Below, piece after piece: positions 62,540-64,000 of a stretch of 64,000 bases of DNA. Within the stretch, counting starts at the first letter, position 1. The number at the start of each line of letters is the position of its first letter. The notes below the pieces were generated by a model. It saw only the letters and a list, made by a program, of their open reading frames with translations, had not been told where the DNA came from and did no database searches. Position numbers and translations under genes: made by a program. The stretch is taken from NCBI GenBank assembly GCA_025359965.1, contig JANYDC010000027.1, forward strand, positions 15-64,014, in the 5' to 3' direction. The stretch comes from Pedosphaera sp. (GTDB lineage: Bacteria; Verrucomicrobiota; Verrucomicrobiia; Limisphaerales; SXQI01).

Positions 62540-63445
62540 ATGAAACGCAACGCCCTGACCCTAACCGTTGGCCTCGTGGTCCTTCTCATCTTTCTGGCTC
62601 TGCTCTGCACTTTCCAAGTGCGACAGACCGAGGTGGTCGTGGTGACGACTTTTGACAAGCCCAATGATCCCATCACGGAACCCGGACTCTATGCCAAATG
62701 GCCCAGGCCCATTCAACGAGTCTACCGTTTCGACAAACGAATCCAGAATTTCGAGGATAATTTCGAGGAAACACTCACCATCGACAACTACAACCTGCTC
62801 ACCATGGTCTACGTGGGTTGGTCAATCAGTGATCCGAAGCTGTTCTTCAACAGCTTTCCCTCAGGAGAGGCTGAGGCTGCCGAGCCTTCGCTGAAGGGCT
62901 TGATCCGTTCCGCCAAGAATGCGGTCATGGGTCAGTATAAATTCTCCGATTTTATTTCCACTGACCCGAAGCAGCTTAAGTTTGTCGAGGTAGAGGGCAA
63001 AATGCTCGGACAGGTTAAGGATGCAGCCCAGTCCAAGTACGGCATTAATGTACAGTTCCTCGGCATCAAGAAACTCGGCCTGCCAGAAAGCGTCACCACC
63101 AAAGTCTTTGACCGCATGGCGGCTGAACGGCAGCGCGAAGTGGAGCGCCTGAAAGCCACCGGCGAAGCCGAGGCCATGAAAGTCCGCAGCGCGGCTGATC
63201 GTGATCGCAACGAGATCCTGGCCAAAGCCGAAGCCACCGCCAGCGCCATTCGTGGTCAAGCTGATGCCGAAGCTGCAAAATCCTTCGAAATCTTCAAAAG
63301 CAGCCCGGATCTCGCCATCTTCTTGCTCAAACTCACCGCTCTTGAACAATCATTGAAAGAGCGGTCCACCCTAATTCTCGACGAGCGGACCCCGCCCTTC
63401 GATCTCTTGAATCAATCGTTCAAGAGCTCAACCCCGAAGAATTGA
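62540..63445 (+). CDS. SPFH domain protein, HflC-like
   Basis: N-terminal TM LTLTVGLVVLLIFLALL then QVRQTEVVVVTTFDKP...GLYAKWPRPIQRVYRFDKR. EA-rich coiled coil. Confidence 0.75.
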   Translation: MKRNALTLTVGLVVLLIFLALLCTFQVRQTEVVVVTTFDKPNDPITEPGLYAKWPRPIQRVYRFDKRIQNFEDNFEETLTIDNYNLLTMVYVGWSISDPKLFFNSFPSGEAEAAEPSLKGLIRSAKNAVMGQYKFSDFISTDPKQLKFVEVEGKMLGQVKDAAQSKYGINVQFLGIKKLGLPESVTTKVFDRMAAERQREVERLKATGEAEAMKVRSAADRDRNEILAKAEATASAIRGQADAEAAKSFEIFKSSPDLAIFLLKLTALEQSLKERSTLILDERTPPFDLLNQSFKSSTPKN

Positions 63446-63449
63446 GCGC

Positions 63450-64000
63450 ATGAGCGAACCTCACGACCACGATCACGATCACGGCCATAGCCATGATCAC
63501 ATTCCGCTCAAACCGGCACCTTCACCGATTGCGGAGCCAATTGCTGCCACCGCGCCCCAAGACGAATCTGCCTCACAAGCCTTGTCGGACGCATTGAGCA
63601 GCAGCTTTGCCATCGTCAAGGTCGTAATGGTTATTCTGGTGGTCGTATTCTTTGCGCGCGGCATCTTTACGGTTCCTTCCCAGCAAAAAGCCATCATCCT
63701 ACGTTTTGGCAAACCTATCGGAGTGGGAGCGGAACAATTGCTCGGGCCGGGATTGCACTGGTCTTTCCCCTACCCCATTGATGAAGTGAAATGGCTTCCA
63801 GTTGGCGAGATTCAACGAGTAACCTCCACAGCCGGTTGGTACGCCACCACTCCAGAACTGGAAGCCAGCAACTCTGAATCTCCAGCAGGGCCATCCTTGA
63901 ATCCTGGCTACGATGGCTACACCCTGACGGCTGACGGTAATATCATCCACGTTCGCGCCACACTGAGCTATCGAATCTCCGACCCGCTTACCCACGAATT
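63450..64000 (+). CDS. SPFH domain protein, HflK-like, with His/Asp-rich N-terminus. 3-prime truncated by window edge
   Basis: My own translation from about 63450: MSEPHDHDHDHGHSHDHIPLKPAPSP...TM (IVKVVMVILVVVFFA)...AIILRFGKPIGVGAEQLLGPGLHWSFPYPIDEV. Not in the supplied ORF track because no stop is reached. Start coordinate +/-1. Confidence 0.65.
   Translation, partial: MSEPHDHDHDHGHSHDHIPLKPAPSPIAEPIAATAPQDESASQALSDALSSSFAIVKVVMVILVVVFFARGIFTVPSQQKAIILRFGKPIGVGAEQLLGPGLHWSFPYPIDEVKWLPVGEIQRVTSTAGWYATTPELEASNSESPAGPSLNPGYDGYTLTADGNIIHVRATLSYRISDPLTHE

Overview
The window is a dense, mostly co-linear chromosomal segment of about 55-57% GC. It holds roughly 57 protein-coding genes. I found no rRNA, tRNA, CRISPR array, transposase or integrase. 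Prepilin-like GFTLIE paralogs, a PEP-CTERM protein, Gfo/Idh/MocA+DUF1080 pairs, a lamin-tail/CotH giant protein and a MoxR-DUF58-BatA-VWA operon together suggest a Verrucomicrobia-like (PVC superphylum) bacterium; this is inference. Main content in order: (1) the 3-prime part of an RHS/YD-repeat polymorphic toxin with a Cys-rich HExxH tip and a downstream secreted small protein (putative immunity); (2) a periplasmic Gfo/Idh/MocA oxidoreductase + DUF1080 pair, a BI-1/YccA protein, a beta-CASP RNase, a MarR-HPP/CBS pair and methyltransferases; (3) an OmpR-type two-component system divergent from a secreted EF-hand protein, followed by a 1470-aa lamin-tail x4 / CotH protein; (4) a sugar-nucleotide/glycosyltransferase trio, a MacAB-like four-gene efflux system and a YfhO-like membrane protein; (5) three tandem prepilin-type small proteins plus a C-terminally anchored unknown protein; (6) pdxH, a flotillin, modABC, a TAT-dioxygenase-like protein and a PEP-CTERM/PA14 protein with a clean terminator; (7) a Bat-like operon using GTG/GTG/TTG starts; (8) a long minus-strand run prmA-gpm-rph-nrnA-atpCDGAHFEB (canonical F-type ATP synthase), a GAF sensor kinase overlapping lptF/G; (9) an orphan ABC-2 permease followed by three tandem SPFH (HflK/C-like) genes, the last with a His/Asp-rich N-terminus and running off the window. 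Start codons were chosen by ORF-track arithmetic plus signal-peptide and SD logic, and several are uncertain. Hand-counted nucleotide positions may be off by +/-1.
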